Source: Hydrolagus colliei
Taxonomy: Eukaryota
NCBI GenBank assembly: GCA_035084275.1
Contig: CM068745.1
Coordinates: 41,912,001-41,976,000 of the forward strand
Direction of reading: 5' to 3'
Length of the DNA stretch: 64,000 nucleotides
Shown: piece after piece, positions 12,084 through 23,859 of the stretch
Layout of the letters: each line of letters begins with the position of its first letter
How positions within the stretch are numbered: the stretch's first letter is position 1
Translations under genes and position numbers: made by a program
Notes under the pieces: model-generated
Database searches by the model: none
Seen by the model: only the letters and a program-made list of their open reading frames with translations
Told to the model about the DNA's origin: nothing

Positions 12084-12756
12084 CTTACTATACCTCCAGT
12101 AACTATGGCTCCACAGGCACATACTTATATTATAGTGAACTCCAGCTCTAGTGAGACAGTATAACTGGATCTCTCGGAACTTAACCAACTTTGTTGAAAC
12201 CATAACATTTTCAGTCCAACATGTACAAGTCACTGATGACAGTTATTGTAATATTCTCTTTAATATCAGTTCTACTTTCCAGCTCTTTTCCCTCCGTCTT
12301 TGATGTTCTTATTGTTTTGTTCTTTATCCAGTTCTCAATATAATAAGTAATCAATGCTCAACAACTAATCTCAACAAAGTTTATGAATTTTACAAGGAAG
12401 GAGTGGGTGAATACATATTCTGCAGCAAGCGTTTGCTGAATTGAGAGATTTCATCATCTGCTTCCCTTGGAAGCCAGCCAGTTGTGTAAAATACTTTGAG
12501 ATGACCTCCCAACATGAAATGCATCTACAAATGCAAATTGTGTGAATGTTTCTTAGGAACAGCGTTTTTGAATCGACAAATTGGAGAATACAATGTGGAA
12601 GTTTTAAAATTATCTGATCAAAAATACATGTGCAATGTCCTCTTCCAGCAAGCAGTTGGATTTAAAGGACTTAATGTAGATTTTTAAAATTAATTCATAT
12701 TTTATTGCATTTCTCCATTCAATTACTTAAACCTCAATTAGTAATTACATTTACAA

Positions 12757-13170
12757 ATAATAATAATCCTTGCATTTGATGTAATGTATTATCGCTTCTC
12801 AAAGAGATTTACTGAACATATGTACGGTGACTGAATCACAGTAGCCAATTGTGCACAGCAGTGTCCAACATACAGTTGTGGATTGTATTCAGTCACTTTT
12901 GTTTAAAGGAGTTATTCCCCGGAATGACGAACTGTCGACTGTCAATTGACTGGGTTCCTACTTACTGCTAGGTAAATAGATGCATGTAGAGCAAGGAAAC
13001 TTGCCCAATGTTTTGCCCTGCCTAGGAATGCCAGGTTCCGTAATTGTGAAGCGCTCTAAGACGCCGCCCGGATTGGAGGGTGCTATCTAAATCAAAGTTG
13101 TTGTTGTTGTTGTTGTTGAATCAAATCAGGTCTCTCACTTGCAAGGCGAGTGCTCTTACCACTCAGCTAT
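12757..13170 (-). mobile_element. Deu-core-like SINE with a nested SINE tail
   Basis: aataataatccttgcatttg at the left end, family core, then accactcagcta; interrupted by a + strand tail at ~13040-13098. Confidence 0.6.
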
Positions 13171-13867
13171 TCATGGAATGAGTAATGCGATTACTCTTAG
13201 ATAGTTGAAAGAATGTAATTTAGCAATACGTTCAATATTTATCACACCAACGCAATTAAGAATGTCACCCAATGTGGTTGTCAGTAACCCACCAAATCAA
13301 TATATATCTTCATAATTGGCAACTGAGGATCATGATGAAGAAGTCTAACACATCAAACCAGTATTGTCCCTCCATAAAAGGCTAGCGAGGGGTTAAGTAA
13401 ACTCCTGATAACTCATCACGCCAAGGGAAAAGAACTCGGCAACAAAGTATCCAAAGTGGTGAGTCAGGCACAAAGACCTTTGGCATATTGGACTGTGCCA
13501 AGGCCTCCTGCTCTATTTTGTGATGATAGGGTCAGAGGCACGGCTAAAGTCAAAGGTCTGATCCAATAGGCTAGAGGCCACTGAGATGCATCATGCCTAA
13601 TATCCTAATATCAGTTGCAAGATAGGCATGGAGGCGTCTTTGATGCAAGAAACCATCTTATAGGACATTATCCGATCAATTTTAAATTGTGAGAATTTAC
13701 AAGAATTTTAAGAATGTGTGGTGTTATGTGTTAAGCTTAGTGACAAACAAAGCAGAGTCCCCTTATTAATATTTTGCCTGGAACGTGGCCAAGATAGCTT
13801 GTCATTTAAGTGGTAGTAACAAGTTAAGACAGGGTTGAGTTTATTGAGTCAGGCTTCTACTATATTT

Positions 13868-14600
13868 AAGAACATAAGAATTAGGAGCAGGAGTATTCGG
13901 CCTTTCAAGCCTGCTCTGCCATTCAATAAGATCATGGCTGATCTTCTCACCTAACTCTAATTACCTGCCCCATCCCCATATTCCGTAATCCCTCTATTTT
14001 TCAAAAAATCTATATTTTCAAGGACTGAGCATCTACAGCCTTCTGGGGGTAGTGAATTTATGGAATTCACTACCCTATGAGTGAAGAAATGTTTCCTCTA
14101 CTCTATTCTAAAAGGCTGACCCTTAATTTTAAGGCTGTGACCCCTAGTTATAGATTCTCCTACTAGGAAACAATCCCTCAGTGTCTACTTTATCTAGCCC
14201 TTCAAAAATCTTATATGTTTCAATAAGATCCCCCCTAATTCTTCTGTACTCTAGAGAATACAGCCCTAGTTTATTTCAACCTAACTTCATAGGTTAGTCC
14301 CCTCATCCCAGGAACTAACCTAGTGAATCTATGCTGCACTCCCTCTAAGGCAAGTATGTCCTTTTTTAAATAAGAAGACTAAAACTGCACACATTACTCT
14401 AGGTGCGGTCTCACCAAAGCCCTATACAGTTGCAGCAAGACCTCCCTACTATTGTACTCTAAATCTTTTGAAATGAACACTAACATGCCGCTTGCCTTCT
14501 TAGTTGCTTGCTGTACCTGCAAACTAACTTTTTGCGACTGGTGTACAATGACACCCAAATCCTTCTGAACACTAACGCTATCTAATCTCTCCCCTTCTAG
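13868..14600 (-). mobile_element. CR1 LINE 3' fragment
   Basis: Reverse complement encodes degenerate CR1 RT C-terminal motifs; taagaacataagaa terminal repeat. Confidence 0.7.
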
Positions 14601-16206
14601 AAAATAATCTGTTTATAATGCCACATCAAATGCAAGTATTATTATTATTTATTATGTGCTTTCTCTGTCTCCTTATCGTCATCGACCTATCTACCACCTT
14701 CAACACTGTCAAACATTCCATCCTCCTAGACCTTCTTTCCACTCAGCTCATTTTTCATGGACATGCTCTTGCCTGGTTCGAATCTTACCTCCCGCATGGT
14801 CAGGCAATGTTGAGGAGATGGAGGAGGAAAAACAGCTGAGGATCGAACAAGACACCTAGGCTCCTGACTGACTTGGTAACATTGAGTGTGCAACCACTGG
14901 CTCCCAATTAATGAATGGTTTGATTTCATGATTCACTCCGTTTTTCAAATCCCTTCATGCTCTCGCACTTCCCTAACTATCCCATCTGCTTAGTTCCCAC
15001 CATTACCTCTGCTCAGCTGGCTCCAGCCTCCTGTTTGTCGCTATTCCTTCTGCTCTACCATCAATGGCCATGCTTTCAGTTGCTACACCTCGAATCTCTG
15101 GAACTCTCTCCCTCAATCCATTCACCTGTCCCGTTCCACCTCCTAATCCTGGATAAACAATTTACTTTCCGATTGTGCTTAGTCACCTCACCCCCATCCC
15201 GGGGCATCACACTCCGCTACTGTCAGGAGCTCCAGGATTCTACCGCGTATGAAGAGCACTATATAAATGCAAATTGTTGTTGTAAGATGTGTATACAGTA
15301 CCCATGTGTTTATATACTGCCAGCCATGATTGATATTCTAGAGGTGCCAAATGCTTAACCCAAGCCTTCATATGACTGTCTTGACAAAGAGATGTTTGCC
15401 GTAAATTGGAATTGAGGTACAGATCAGCCATGATCTAAAAGACTGGTGGAACAGACTTGATGAGTTGAATGGCCTATACCTGTTCCTTTGTAAAGCTAAT
15501 TCTACCTCCAGTGGTTGATAAATCAGATTGGCTAGAACCCGGCCTCCGTGTTAATGCTTACCACTTTAACCACAATTCCCTTTCTCTTAATGGTCATAGA
15601 GATTGTTAATGGACATTAAAGATTCCATGGCATTGTGGAACAGAAGGAATTTCATTCCCACAATCCCATAAATAAATTACTCACTCAATTCATTGTTCTT
15701 TATGGGACATTGGTGTGTGCATATTGGCTGCTGTGTTCAGTTAAAAATATGGTGTGTGCATCAAAACAATCACATTTGACATTTGAAGATTCAATCAATT
15801 TTATTTCTAACACACAAGTAGTTTTCTTAGCATTCCTATGAAAAATTATTTTAAAGAAAAAATGAAAAATCGACATAAATTAAAGAAAATAGAGTAACTT
15901 TTCTAATGTTCGACAACAAAATATTTGCAATGTTTACAAAAGTTTTCCATGAACACAAATGAAGTATTTGAGCATTGATTACAGACAGACTTCAAAAAAT
16001 TGAAATAACATCATCAATTGAACAATAAAATATGAAGGAAAGAGATTTAGCAGGTTGGATCAGTAATACTAAAGAAGTATTTGTTACAAGGATATAAAAC
16101 ATTTTTTTTAAAAAGGTGCTTGATGTTTACATAGCAAGTTTCTTTGTTGGATATTAGTGAATGAAAAGAAGAGAAAATAAAAGAAAATTAATCGTGAAAG
16201 ATATTT

Positions 16207-16627
16207 TCACATAAAAGAAAACATTTTCTGCAATGATTGTTTACAGCTTTTTTCCTTTCTGTCACATGGTCTCTCAGATTGTTCATTATATGGATTTTTA
16301 CGTGAATGCAAGCTGGGTCTTGAAGGACTCGTATTCACAAGTACTTGTTTGGTTAATTCAAATAATATTTTGCGAGGTGAGCTATTTTGACTGTGACCAT
16401 TCAACTTTCTATGACGCTCGGGGGATCTGTATTTCAATGTTGCTTTATCAGGAGAATCATTTTTCACTTTTAAAGGAGAAAATCTTTGTTTGATATTCTG
16501 GTTAACGTTATATATCAATTTCACTTCAGCTGGGTCATTTGTGTTATTCAAGTGCTCCGAGGTACCACACTCTATTATTGTTGTCTTGGGATTTGGAGAA
16601 ATGCCTGGATCATTGTTCTGAATGAAA
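16207..16627 (-). CDS. CD200: CD200-like copy A exon 5, long cytoplasmic tail (~140 aa)
   Basis: Strong polypyrimidine acceptor ..ttcattgattacag|; phase 2 matches the TM donor; open frame to TGA; homologous to the copy C tail. Five exons total 1242 nt (413 aa). Confidence 0.8.
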
Positions 16628-16736
16628 CTGTAATCAATGAAGGAAAAGAGGAAAAGTTAAAGTATCAACCAAATGGTAACATAAACTGAATATAAACTAA
16701 GACTAACTGCTTAATTCTCTGAATATCACTCGAATA

Positions 16737-17877
16737 CAGGTAGATCCCGATTAATGAATGCCCGGTTAATGAAGCTTTACTACAACGAGGGTTTCTATTT
16801 GTACCACTTCTCCGCTTAACAAATTTGCTATAATGAATGTTTACACACATTTTAAATCTCGCGGGCTTCTCATGCACAGCTTCTCTCTGGTTGACTCAGC
16901 ACCACACACTCAGACTTTAGCATGCCTCAGTTAAGCAGTGCAGTCCCTCCCATATGGGAGGATCTTAAGCGGCAGGATGCTTCGTGGCTTCAATAATTGT
17001 AAGTCAAGATATGGGGCGGGGGAAATAGAGAGATAGGGGAAAGGGGATAGAAGGGAATGGGGATAGAGAGGAGGGAGCGATAGAGAGGAGGGAGGGATAG
17101 AGAGATGGGGGGATAGAGAGATAGAGAGGAGTGGGGGATAAAGAGATAGGGGGGATAAAGAGATAGAGAGGAGTGGGGGATAAAGAGTTAGGCGGAATAG
17201 AGGGGGATAGATGGGAGTGGGGATAGAGAGGAGGAAGGGATAGAGAGATAGAGAGAAGGTGGGGATAGAATAGAGAGATGGGGGGGAATAGAGAAATAGA
17301 GAGGAGGCAGATAGAGAGACAGAGAGGAGGGCGGGATAGAGAGGGAGGGGAGGGGGGAATAGAGAGCAAGGGGAGGAGGGCATAGAGAGATAGAGATGGA
17401 GGTGGGGATAGAGAGGGTAGGTAGAGAGAAAGAGAGGGGGGTGGAGTGGAAAGAAAGAGAGGAGGGGAGGGGGGGGGGGGTAGAGAGAAAGAGGGGAGGG
17501 GGTAGAGAGAAAGTGAGGAGGGAGAGGAAGAAAGAAGCACGTCCCGAGTCAGGAAATGCCTGGGCTCAGGTTGCGATATTTTGGTACGGTGATTGTGAAG
17601 ACCTGGCCTGGAGCAGGTAGGATTGGCATTTTTGGTCCTGCATTTTTTGTCACATTCCGGATTCCGGAACTCCGGACGTTTGGCTGCTCAACCTGTACAC
17701 CGAAAATGTTAGCCCTAGGAACTGCTAGGAACTAAACTGATTTTAGCGGGGAGGCTCGGATCGGGGCGGCATTTTGGCTGCTGCCAAATACAATACAGTT
17801 AAACTCTCGCTGAACTAAATTTTCGCTTAACGAAGCGTTTAAAGTCCCTAACCCCTTCATTAAGCGGGGTCTGCCTG
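16737..17877. mobile_element. Tc1/mariner (Tigger/pogo-like) non-autonomous element in the last intron of copy A
   Basis: TIRs CAGGTAGATCCCGATTAATGAA and rc CAGGCAGACCCCGCTTAATGAA; TA left flank; absent at the homologous site of copy B (~26995). Confidence 0.75.
17025..17535 (+). repeat. Polypurine (GA/GGGATAGAGA)-rich simple repeat
   Basis: About 500 nt of almost pure purines with sparse T. Confidence 0.9.
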
Positions 17878-19059
17878 TGAATACAACAGAATTAGCCCAT
17901 CATCTAAAGTGTACCATCCCATTTGAGATTCTTTAATTCTGAAATCCAGCAACAGTCATTTGAACTTCCTGATATTTAATCTGCAATGATTTGTAATAGG
18001 AGTTGCGATTTTGCCTGCTTTTAAAAAAAAATATCTTTGGTCTTTTGTCACTTTTCACATGTGTAATGAGATAGCGAACGTTTAACCTGTTGCACTATAT
18101 TTATCAATTTAGATTTCCTAGCAGTTCCTAGCGCGAACATTTTCGGTGCACAGGTTGAGCAGCCAAAAGTCCGGAGTTCCGGAATGTGACAAACATTGCA
18201 GGAATAAAAATGCCAATCCTACCTGCTCCAGGCCAGGTCTTCACAATCACCGTACCAAAATATCAGACAGCTGTGTGACACATGTGGTAACCCATTACCA
18301 TGCTTAATAGTATCCAAACCAAGATAAAATTTCCATGCATCCCACCTACACATGTAATCCCAGAGATAGATTGTTGGAATGGAAAGCGCACACTACCCCT
18401 GGAAGACCACTTCCTGCTAACCTAATTCTGGAAATTTTTAGGAGCAGGTTGGCAAGAACCAAGGCTTGAGGACTCCAGATTGTATGTTGGGGTACTGCTG
18501 GAGTCTAACCAGCTAAAACCGCATAACTTGCCATTTATATTGCAAGTTTTCCCGCTGCTTATCTAGCTAGGATCACTCTACATTTAACAGTTTTGGCTTG
18601 CATGGTGAACAAGAGCTCAGTGGGGTGGCTCCCTGCCTCCAGTGACTGGTCTTCCCTTCCAGGTCCTGCTGATGAGCCAGACTGGCTGTGCTCTGGAATA
18701 CTGTGGACCCACCTGGCTCAGGAACCAGACTACCGACACCGACATTCCATTACCAGGCATGTCACCTTAGTGCCAGTGTGGCTCAAAGGAAACTCCATTT
18801 ATCTCTTCCCCAACAAATCTACCTCACTGCTTGATCCCAGACATCACATATGGGTCAGAAGATGCCTCTCCACTGCATCACCAGAAGCTCAGATACATAA
18901 ATAAAGACTGTTGCCTACAGGTATTGTGTGCCACAAGGTTGCCGTAGATTAGGAGCTTACTGTCCTTGAAGGGAGATAAACATGACCAGAGAGCTCTTCC
19001 TCTTCTAAGCACTATACATCAGGACAGTGTCCAGGCTGAAGTTGGTGACCACCATGACT

Positions 19060-19275
19060 CTGACGTAACAACAAATTACATTTGTATAACACCTTTCACA
19101 TCTGGAGGAGCTCCCAATGTGCTGGATAGTCAGGGATGTGCACCCGGACTGGTGGTTGGGATTAGGAGGGTTGGAGGGCTGGGAGGGCAAGTTTTCGAGG
19201 GTGACCAAACACACTGTCGAAGAGGTGGGTCTTCAGATGGGCAGTGAAGGAGGCAAGGGACTTTGGGATGGAGCT
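19060..19275 (-). mobile_element. L2 3' tail shared by all three paralogues (also ~27790-27995 and ~42185-42400)
   Basis: rc ctccatcccaaagtccctt..aagacccacctcttcgac..gtgaaaggtgttatacaaatgtaatttgttgtt matches other L2 tails. Confidence 0.65.
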
Positions 19276-19330
19276 TCTTTCTTTTGACTTTCATTTTTTG
19301 CAAGGTCCCAAATGTGCTCCATAATCTCCA
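19233..19330 (-). CDS. Copy A candidate alternative last exon (VEIMEHIWDLAKNESQKKEAPSQSPLPPSLPI*)
   Basis: In frame with the second donor CAG|gtaatt at 19496. Frame kept in B and C. Acceptor (gttaatttag) is weak. Confidence 0.35.
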
Positions 19331-19515
19331 CTAAATTAACTGACTTCAATTGAGAGGTACTGGACATGCTTCAGTTGGTCTCAATGCTAAGGATTTGTTC
19401 TTAATTTGTCTCCAGACATATTTAAAGAAATCAAGACATTTGTAGAAAACAATACAAGGAAATATAATATTATCATAAATATAATCGGAAATTACCTGCC
19501 CTGAGGTATACATAC

Positions 19516-19633
19516 CATTTGAAATTATTCCATTTATTTCTCCAGTACCAGATTGCCAGACATACCACCACAATACCAATAATTGTGGCAAATGCAATCC
19601 AAATAGGTGAGTTATCTTTCTGTTGATCCAAAG
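19516..19633 (-). CDS. CD200: CD200-like copy A exon 4, transmembrane
   Basis: ccttgcag| acceptor; IWIAFATIIGIVVVCLAIWYWRNKW; TG|gtatgt phase-2 donor. Confidence 0.85.
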
Positions 19634-20799
19634 CTGCAAGGAAAATATATTATAAAATAAACCCGGAAATGTGGTATTAATCCAGAAAAACCTCACTCAA
19701 TATCAGGGGCAATGATGGATGAAGTTCCACACTGTCTTATAATATGAAACTAAGTTATTTCTAGAAAGATGAATGGAATCTGGACCAACCAAGCTGATAG
19801 GACAAGAAACAGTAGCTTCATTTTAATATATCTACATTACAATGCACTCTGTCAATTAGCAGATATGAAAACCAAACTGCAGATTTGGGAATTATACTAG
19901 CGATAAGGGTATTCTTTGGGAGAATTAGGAATATCCATGTGAAACATTCTACTTGGAGATTTAAGGCTGTGGAGTACAGTACATAATAGGTTTGGGGCCG
20001 TCTTCAGTTGGAACTGTCTGAATTAAAAAATAGGGTTTTGCATTCCACGTTTTATGTTTTTAACGCTGACAATTTATATCATATAGAAGCCACCTGTCCA
20101 AACAACGATCCTCAAAACCACAAATGGAATATTATGTATTATCTTCTTACTGTGCCTTCTGCTTCCCTCCTAACTCCACCCTCTCCAACTCTCCTTCCCC
20201 CCACCCCCACCCAAGGTGCAGCGCCTTGGGACGTCCACCCGACGTGAAAGGCACTTTATAAGTGTAAATTGTTGTTGTTGTTGTTGTCCTCCGGACGTGA
20301 AAGGCTCACAATTAACATTACCAACAATTATGTGAAGATAGTCCGACATTACCTTCACATGATTAAATAAAGGATATAAATATCCCTAATGGAAGGAGTA
20401 TAAAAACCATAGAAGTGCTTTGGCCTAGATTTAGTAGAATATTTCCCACCGTTCACCACTAGAAATCAAGGCTTTTTTCCCTAGAGCCGAGAATCAGAAG
20501 TGACCCAATGCAGTCCCAATCTTTAGTAATGGGAACTGATATGCATGGGGGGTCATCCTATTGTGCATCAACGTAATATAAGCAGGGTCTTCAAGACAGC
20601 TCAAACCGTTTCACAGAATATACGGCAAAGTGAATTGACTATACAGTAATTTGTGGGTGAATGTTGAAGGTTATTGCAGAGAACACAGTTTGCTAAGGTG
20701 GTTTGGGTGAAGAAATCACTAGGGTAGTCTTATTTACTGAAACCATTTCTGCTGTGAGATTCTACAATTCTATGATGAATTATGAATAGGAATACATAC

Positions 20800-21105
20800 A
20801 TGTTGTTTCAAGAAAATCCTCTAAAGTGATTGCCCTTTCCAGAGCTGGATGATTCACCACACAGATCACTTTGGAATTAGCAGCATCAGCTGTAGCCACC
20901 GTCAGATTGCTCGTAATCTTTACTCTTCTGTCGAGGTCCATTGTTGAGGATTGAATGGACAGTACCTTCACATTGCCTGTTGTATTCCACGTGATCACTG
21001 GGGCTGGTCGTCCAGTGGCTGAACAAGTCGCCTCAAAACCATAATAACCACTCCTATTTGGAGCAGTGTCAGTGGGCCTGAACTGTAATGTTGGTTCAGG
21101 TTTCA
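20800..21105 (-). CDS. CD200: CD200-like copy A exon 3, IgC domain
   Basis: TCSATGRPAPVITW..ITSNLTV..VICVVNHP resembles CD200 TCSATARPAPMVFW..VICQVLH. aag| acceptor, T|gtatgt donor. Confidence 0.9.
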
Positions 21106-21687
21106 CTTGCAAGTAAAGAAAAGGAAAAATTTTAAATAATATAATAAATCTGAATCTAAAGTTTGTTACCGGTGTCATTCATTGTAAACAGCACTACAAT
21201 GCCTGCAAAGAAACATACACCATACTACACTTAATTGAGGTATCTTCAGCAGTACAAGTAGTCCAAATCCCTTTCACTGTGAAGAACAATATAACCAACT
21301 TCAATTTATATAGCGCCCTCCATGCCGGATGGCATCTCAGAGCGCTTGAGAGGTCTACAGCTATTAACCAATAGTTGTAGACCTCTGTGATATAGCAGTT
21401 AATCCTCTGTCATATAAACATTGTGGTAATATTTAATATTTTGCATGACAAGACAAACACAAACTTAGCTTCAACTGTTTAGACATGTAATAAGACACCT
21501 AACAACAAATACCAATTTATGCCTGTAATAAGGAGTGTCCTATCAACCTCAGTCCCAAAATAATCGACTTTGCTTATTGAAGTAGCTGCAGACTGATATA
21601 GAACTTCTAATTACCAGCGACTAATCTTAGTAACTCTCATTTCACATACATGTTAAGTACAATTCTTGTTTTTAAATCACTACCTAC

Positions 21688-22029
21688 CATTCACCGAAAG
21701 GCAGGTTTTCCCAACTTTTGCTCCATCTGGGAATGTATTGAAGAGACATTGATAACATCCTTCATCTTCAAACCCCATTCCAAAAAGTGTAATTATGGAC
21801 TCCGTTACTTGTGATGGGATGAAAGCTGCTCTACCTTTAAATGATCCGAATATATTTGATCCATATTTTTCACTAAATGTAGCCATGTTTTTAAATCTTC
21901 TACCACCATTCATCATTTGCCAGGTGACTTGTAGAACCTCATTCGACCCCATTAATGCACATTTGAAGGTGACATTACCCCCTAAAACTGCTTCATGTTT
22001 CGCAGATATTCTCACATTCTGTGCTGAAC
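21688..22029 (-). CDS. CD200: CD200-like copy A exon 2, IgV domain
   Basis: QVTWQ..KNMATFSEKYG..EDEGCYQCLFNTF..GKTCLSV matches CD200 motifs (VTWQK, ENMVTFSENHG, EDEGCYMCLFNTF, GTACLTV). Phase 1-1 splice sites. Confidence 0.9.
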
Positions 22030-22711
22030 CTATAATACAGAGAGAGTATTTTAAACATATGTTAGTTTTAGATTGAAATCTTTGCTAATATTATACAGTA
22101 TAATGTACAAAAAAATATAAGTTTTACCAGACTTCAGTGCAGACAGGAAACAAAAGGGTAGGAAACAATTTTATTTTCCGAGTGTGGTGTAATCATGAAA
22201 ATCTTTGCGTTGATATAATGCAGATAATGTCAAGAACATCTCAAATAGCTTCACAATGTGAACAGTAACTGCCTCCAAGGTGAACCAATTAATCTAGTCC
22301 AGGTCTCCTGTTCAATCCCCATATCTCCTAGAGTTTATCCTCTTCAAATATGTATATAATTCACGAACTACTTTCTATTATTTCCATTTGCTCTTGTGAT
22401 GGAATCCCAAACCTTTTTGAGACTAACCTGACTGCTGAGAGTTCTTAAATTTAAAATAATATTAAAAATAATAATAAACCTTGCAATTTCATTTGGTGCC
22501 TTATCCTGTATTCGAGCTAAAATTCTATCTATCACGTTCTTATAAAAAATATAATCACAGAATATTTTTGCATCGTATTACCAGAGCAAACAATCGCAAT
22601 GTCATATTTCTGAATCGAAGTGTAAGATAATGCAGCTCTAATCTTGTCACACATTTTAAACATCTCCTAATGTTTCCCCTAAACTTTGTAAATAACACAG
22701 TGAAGACTTAC

Positions 22712-22766
22712 ACAAGTGTCCAGTGAAGATTTGCAAGATGATCACTTGGATGCCTAAAGTTTTCAT
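22712..22766 (-). CDS. CD200: CD200-like copy A exon 1, signal peptide MKTLGIQVIILQIFTGHL
   Basis: 55 nt from ATG to T|gtaagt; equivalent exon present in all three copies. Confidence 0.85.
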
Positions 22767-23859
22767 TTTTCCCTGAACACCAGCTGTGAAACTGTGGCAA
22801 AAACCTTTAAACTTCCTCACGTTTTATGTAGATTTGTAATTTGAATTATCCAATGAGAGACATGCATTTTACGAAATTGATTGTCTCAGTCACCAATTGG
22901 TTACAACTGCAGATACTGTACAGGAATTAATGTTTAACCGCTGTGGGTGGGTTTGAATCCAGGATAATTATACTTTGCAATGCAGTTTGGGGTCATTGGG
23001 AAAAGTGAGCTCAAAAGGAGGTTTGAATTCAGTGATAAACCTGTAAATATTCCGTAACTTTCAAAATATGTTGCTCCTCCTTCGTTAAACTGCAGATAAA
23101 CCACGTGGATCTGAAATATGAAAGTGAATGTAAAATGATCCACTTGATGTTCTGTCGCAACAGAAACTTGTTAAAGTTAGTGGATGATCAGACCCAGCTC
23201 TTCCCTCACTCACTCCAGCAATAACTGGGTGTGAGGGACCAATTGAGAACACTATCAGGGACGCTAGCCATATACTGTAGGGCAGCTCTGTATTCCTTCA
23301 ATCTTTTAATCTGAATATTAATTCCAGTTGAGCAGTAGATCAGACATTAACAGCTAAACTCTGGAGTTTACAAACAATAATTTGTGGGAAAACAGTTCAG
23401 GAAGTGGAGTCAGATATCAACACTGTTCACGCCTACTTGGCAATGACATTTGTACAACATGGAAGATCACTGGTTAACAAATCAAATCAAAGGATGCACT
23501 ATTTGAAAGATGCCATTGTAAACTAAAAAAATATATAATCTCCTGATTGATTCCAGCAAACTCGGCATGGAATGAGAATTGAGTCAATGAGCACTTGTTC
23601 CACAAACTCATCTGGAACCAATGCACAATCTATAACTACTTCTTCACCAGAGTAAAGGCATGTCAATGTTGGAAATCAAACTACAAGCCTCAAATCAACC
23701 ATGGCCTTGGAAAAGGTAATTTTTTTAAAGAAAAGACGTTGTAGAAATTGCAAAATTCTTCACATTTTCAAAGTACAGTGAAGGTCCATATATGGAACAA
23801 TCTGAGGCACCATATAACAGAAAGGAAAAGAGTTGACCTCTCTCCCCAACACAATACCC

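Larger units (their letters stand above)
8268..12640 (+). pseudogene. Inverted, TE-interrupted relic of the CD200-like 5' flank and intron 1
   Basis: Blocks ~8268-8391, ~10610-11100 and ~12200-12640 are reverse-complement homologues of copy C ~50250-50375, ~49750-50235 and ~48580-48950. No signal or Ig exon found. Confidence 0.6.

Noticed and set aside
16931-17620. 150-178 aa Ser/Leu/Pro ORFs
   Set aside because: Low-complexity translations of the polypurine tract.
19005-19214. ORFs conserved in all three last introns (also 27546-28023 and 42042-42431) as a long cytoplasmic exon
   Set aside because: Mostly L2 tail; these frames are not conserved between copies or in phase with the donors. 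Only the 98/104-nt segment is kept as a candidate.
21795-22076. + strand 93-aa ORF duplicated at 30818-31099
   Set aside because: Antisense shadow of the IgV exon; its conservation follows from the sense coding sequence.
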